Shown here piece after piece: positions 33,463 to 33,781 of a stretch of DNA of 33,781 bases. The stretch comes from a virus (lineage: Duplodnaviria > Caudoviricetes). The notes beneath the pieces are model-generated. The model was not told where the DNA came from. It searched no databases and saw only the letters and a list, made by a program, of their open reading frames with translations. Positions within the stretch are counted from its first letter, which is position 1. Each line of letters starts with the position of its first letter. Where the stretch lies: positions 1-33,781 of the IMG/VR virus record IMGVR_UViG_3300016464_000080, one strand, 5' to 3'. The translations under genes were made by a program, and so were the position numbers.

Positions 33463-33629
33463 CAACACGGCTGGAGACTGGCGCAACATCCAAGTCAGCG
33501 AACCGACCATTGTGCCACTTGTAACCAATCCCCATGCGTGTTGTTGCTGGTCAGCCTCATTAAGCAGAGTTTCCGGTTGTTGCACTCTGATACATTGATC
33601 GGCAGGCGCTAACCCTGTTTCTGACCAGC
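33463..33629 (-). ncRNA. Two tandem structured elements in the cro leader
   Basis: Stems GCUGGUCAG/CUGACCAGC and CAACACG..UGGGGAUUGG/CCAGUCUCCA..CGUGUUG. Confidence 0.55.
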
Positions 33630-33723
33630 GTTAAGATTGTAACCTTAACAAATCACTCAACATTAGGGAAAGTCCTTAGACAAGCACCTTAACAGTTTGT
33701 TAAGATCACATCACCTTAACAAA
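33630..33723. promoter_or_regulatory. Divergent promoter/operator region
   Basis: Five GTTAAG/CTTAAC half-sites; plus-strand TAGACA-18-TAAGAT; minus-strand TACAAT. Confidence 0.75.
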
Positions 33724-33735
33724 ACCGGAGTAGTC

Positions 33736-33781
33736 ATGAAAGAAACAATCTCAGCAATTATCACCATCGCGTCCATGATCG
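33736..33781 (+). CDS. Start of a small hydrophobic protein (partial)
   Basis: GGAG RBS, then MKETISAIITIASMI running off the window. Confidence 0.6.
   Translation, partial: MKETISAIITIASMI

Larger units (their letters stand above)
1..33781. mobile_element. Tailed bacteriophage genome segment (lambdoid early region, podovirus-type virion genes)
   Basis: Terminase, portal, scaffold, capsid, adaptor, tail, ejection proteins, fibre, lysis, nin-region and recombination genes with no host housekeeping genes; no tape-measure or sheath gene. Confidence 0.97.

Noticed and set aside
33451-33585. 45-aa N-terminal extension of Cro in the ORF track
   Set aside because: ATG at 33450 has a good RBS and gives a typical Cro; the extension lies in the structured leader
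33546-33629. Hammerhead or pistol ribozyme call
   Set aside because: CUUAAUGA is not CUGANGA, GAAA is misplaced, and pistol core elements are not matched; kept only as an unknown structured RNA
1-33781. Terminal repeats, att sites, tRNA genes, stop-codon recoding
   Set aside because: Ends show no overlap; no integrase or tRNA cloverleaf seen by eye; genes are full length under the standard code and use all three stops

Overview
The window is most of the genome of a tailed dsDNA phage (Caudoviricetes) with lambdoid gene order and podovirus-type morphogenesis genes. A GH19 endolysin with embedded Rz/Rz1 spanins implies a Gram-negative host. A short plus-strand early arm (1-3020) encodes an exonuclease, SSB and small regulators. 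It converges on one long minus-strand unit that starts at a divergent operator region (~33630-33725) and runs cro, a ~390-nt structured non-coding locus, HNH, a replication-protein C-terminal domain, DNA methyltransferase, RusA, PAPS-reductase-like, NinB, a late leader/terminator, GT32, FkbM methyltransferase, ART-like protein, terminase, portal, an 836-aa repeat protein, scaffold, capsid, GT2, adaptor/tail, ejection proteins, tail fibre and an expanded lysis cassette. I found no cI, integrase, helicase/loader, Q, tRNA or CRISPR. The best candidate for an undescribed system is the replication locus: a consensus promoter drives a pseudoknotted RNA with a CGCCAA loop and terminator, followed by a second structured domain, upstream of an initiator lacking its DNA-binding domain. 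Other highlights are further structured leader RNAs, a probable virion-glycosylation gene set, a dockerin/GQDLAAD-repeat protein and a putative packaged ADP-ribosyltransferase. All assignments come from motif recognition by eye; no searches or folding programs were run.
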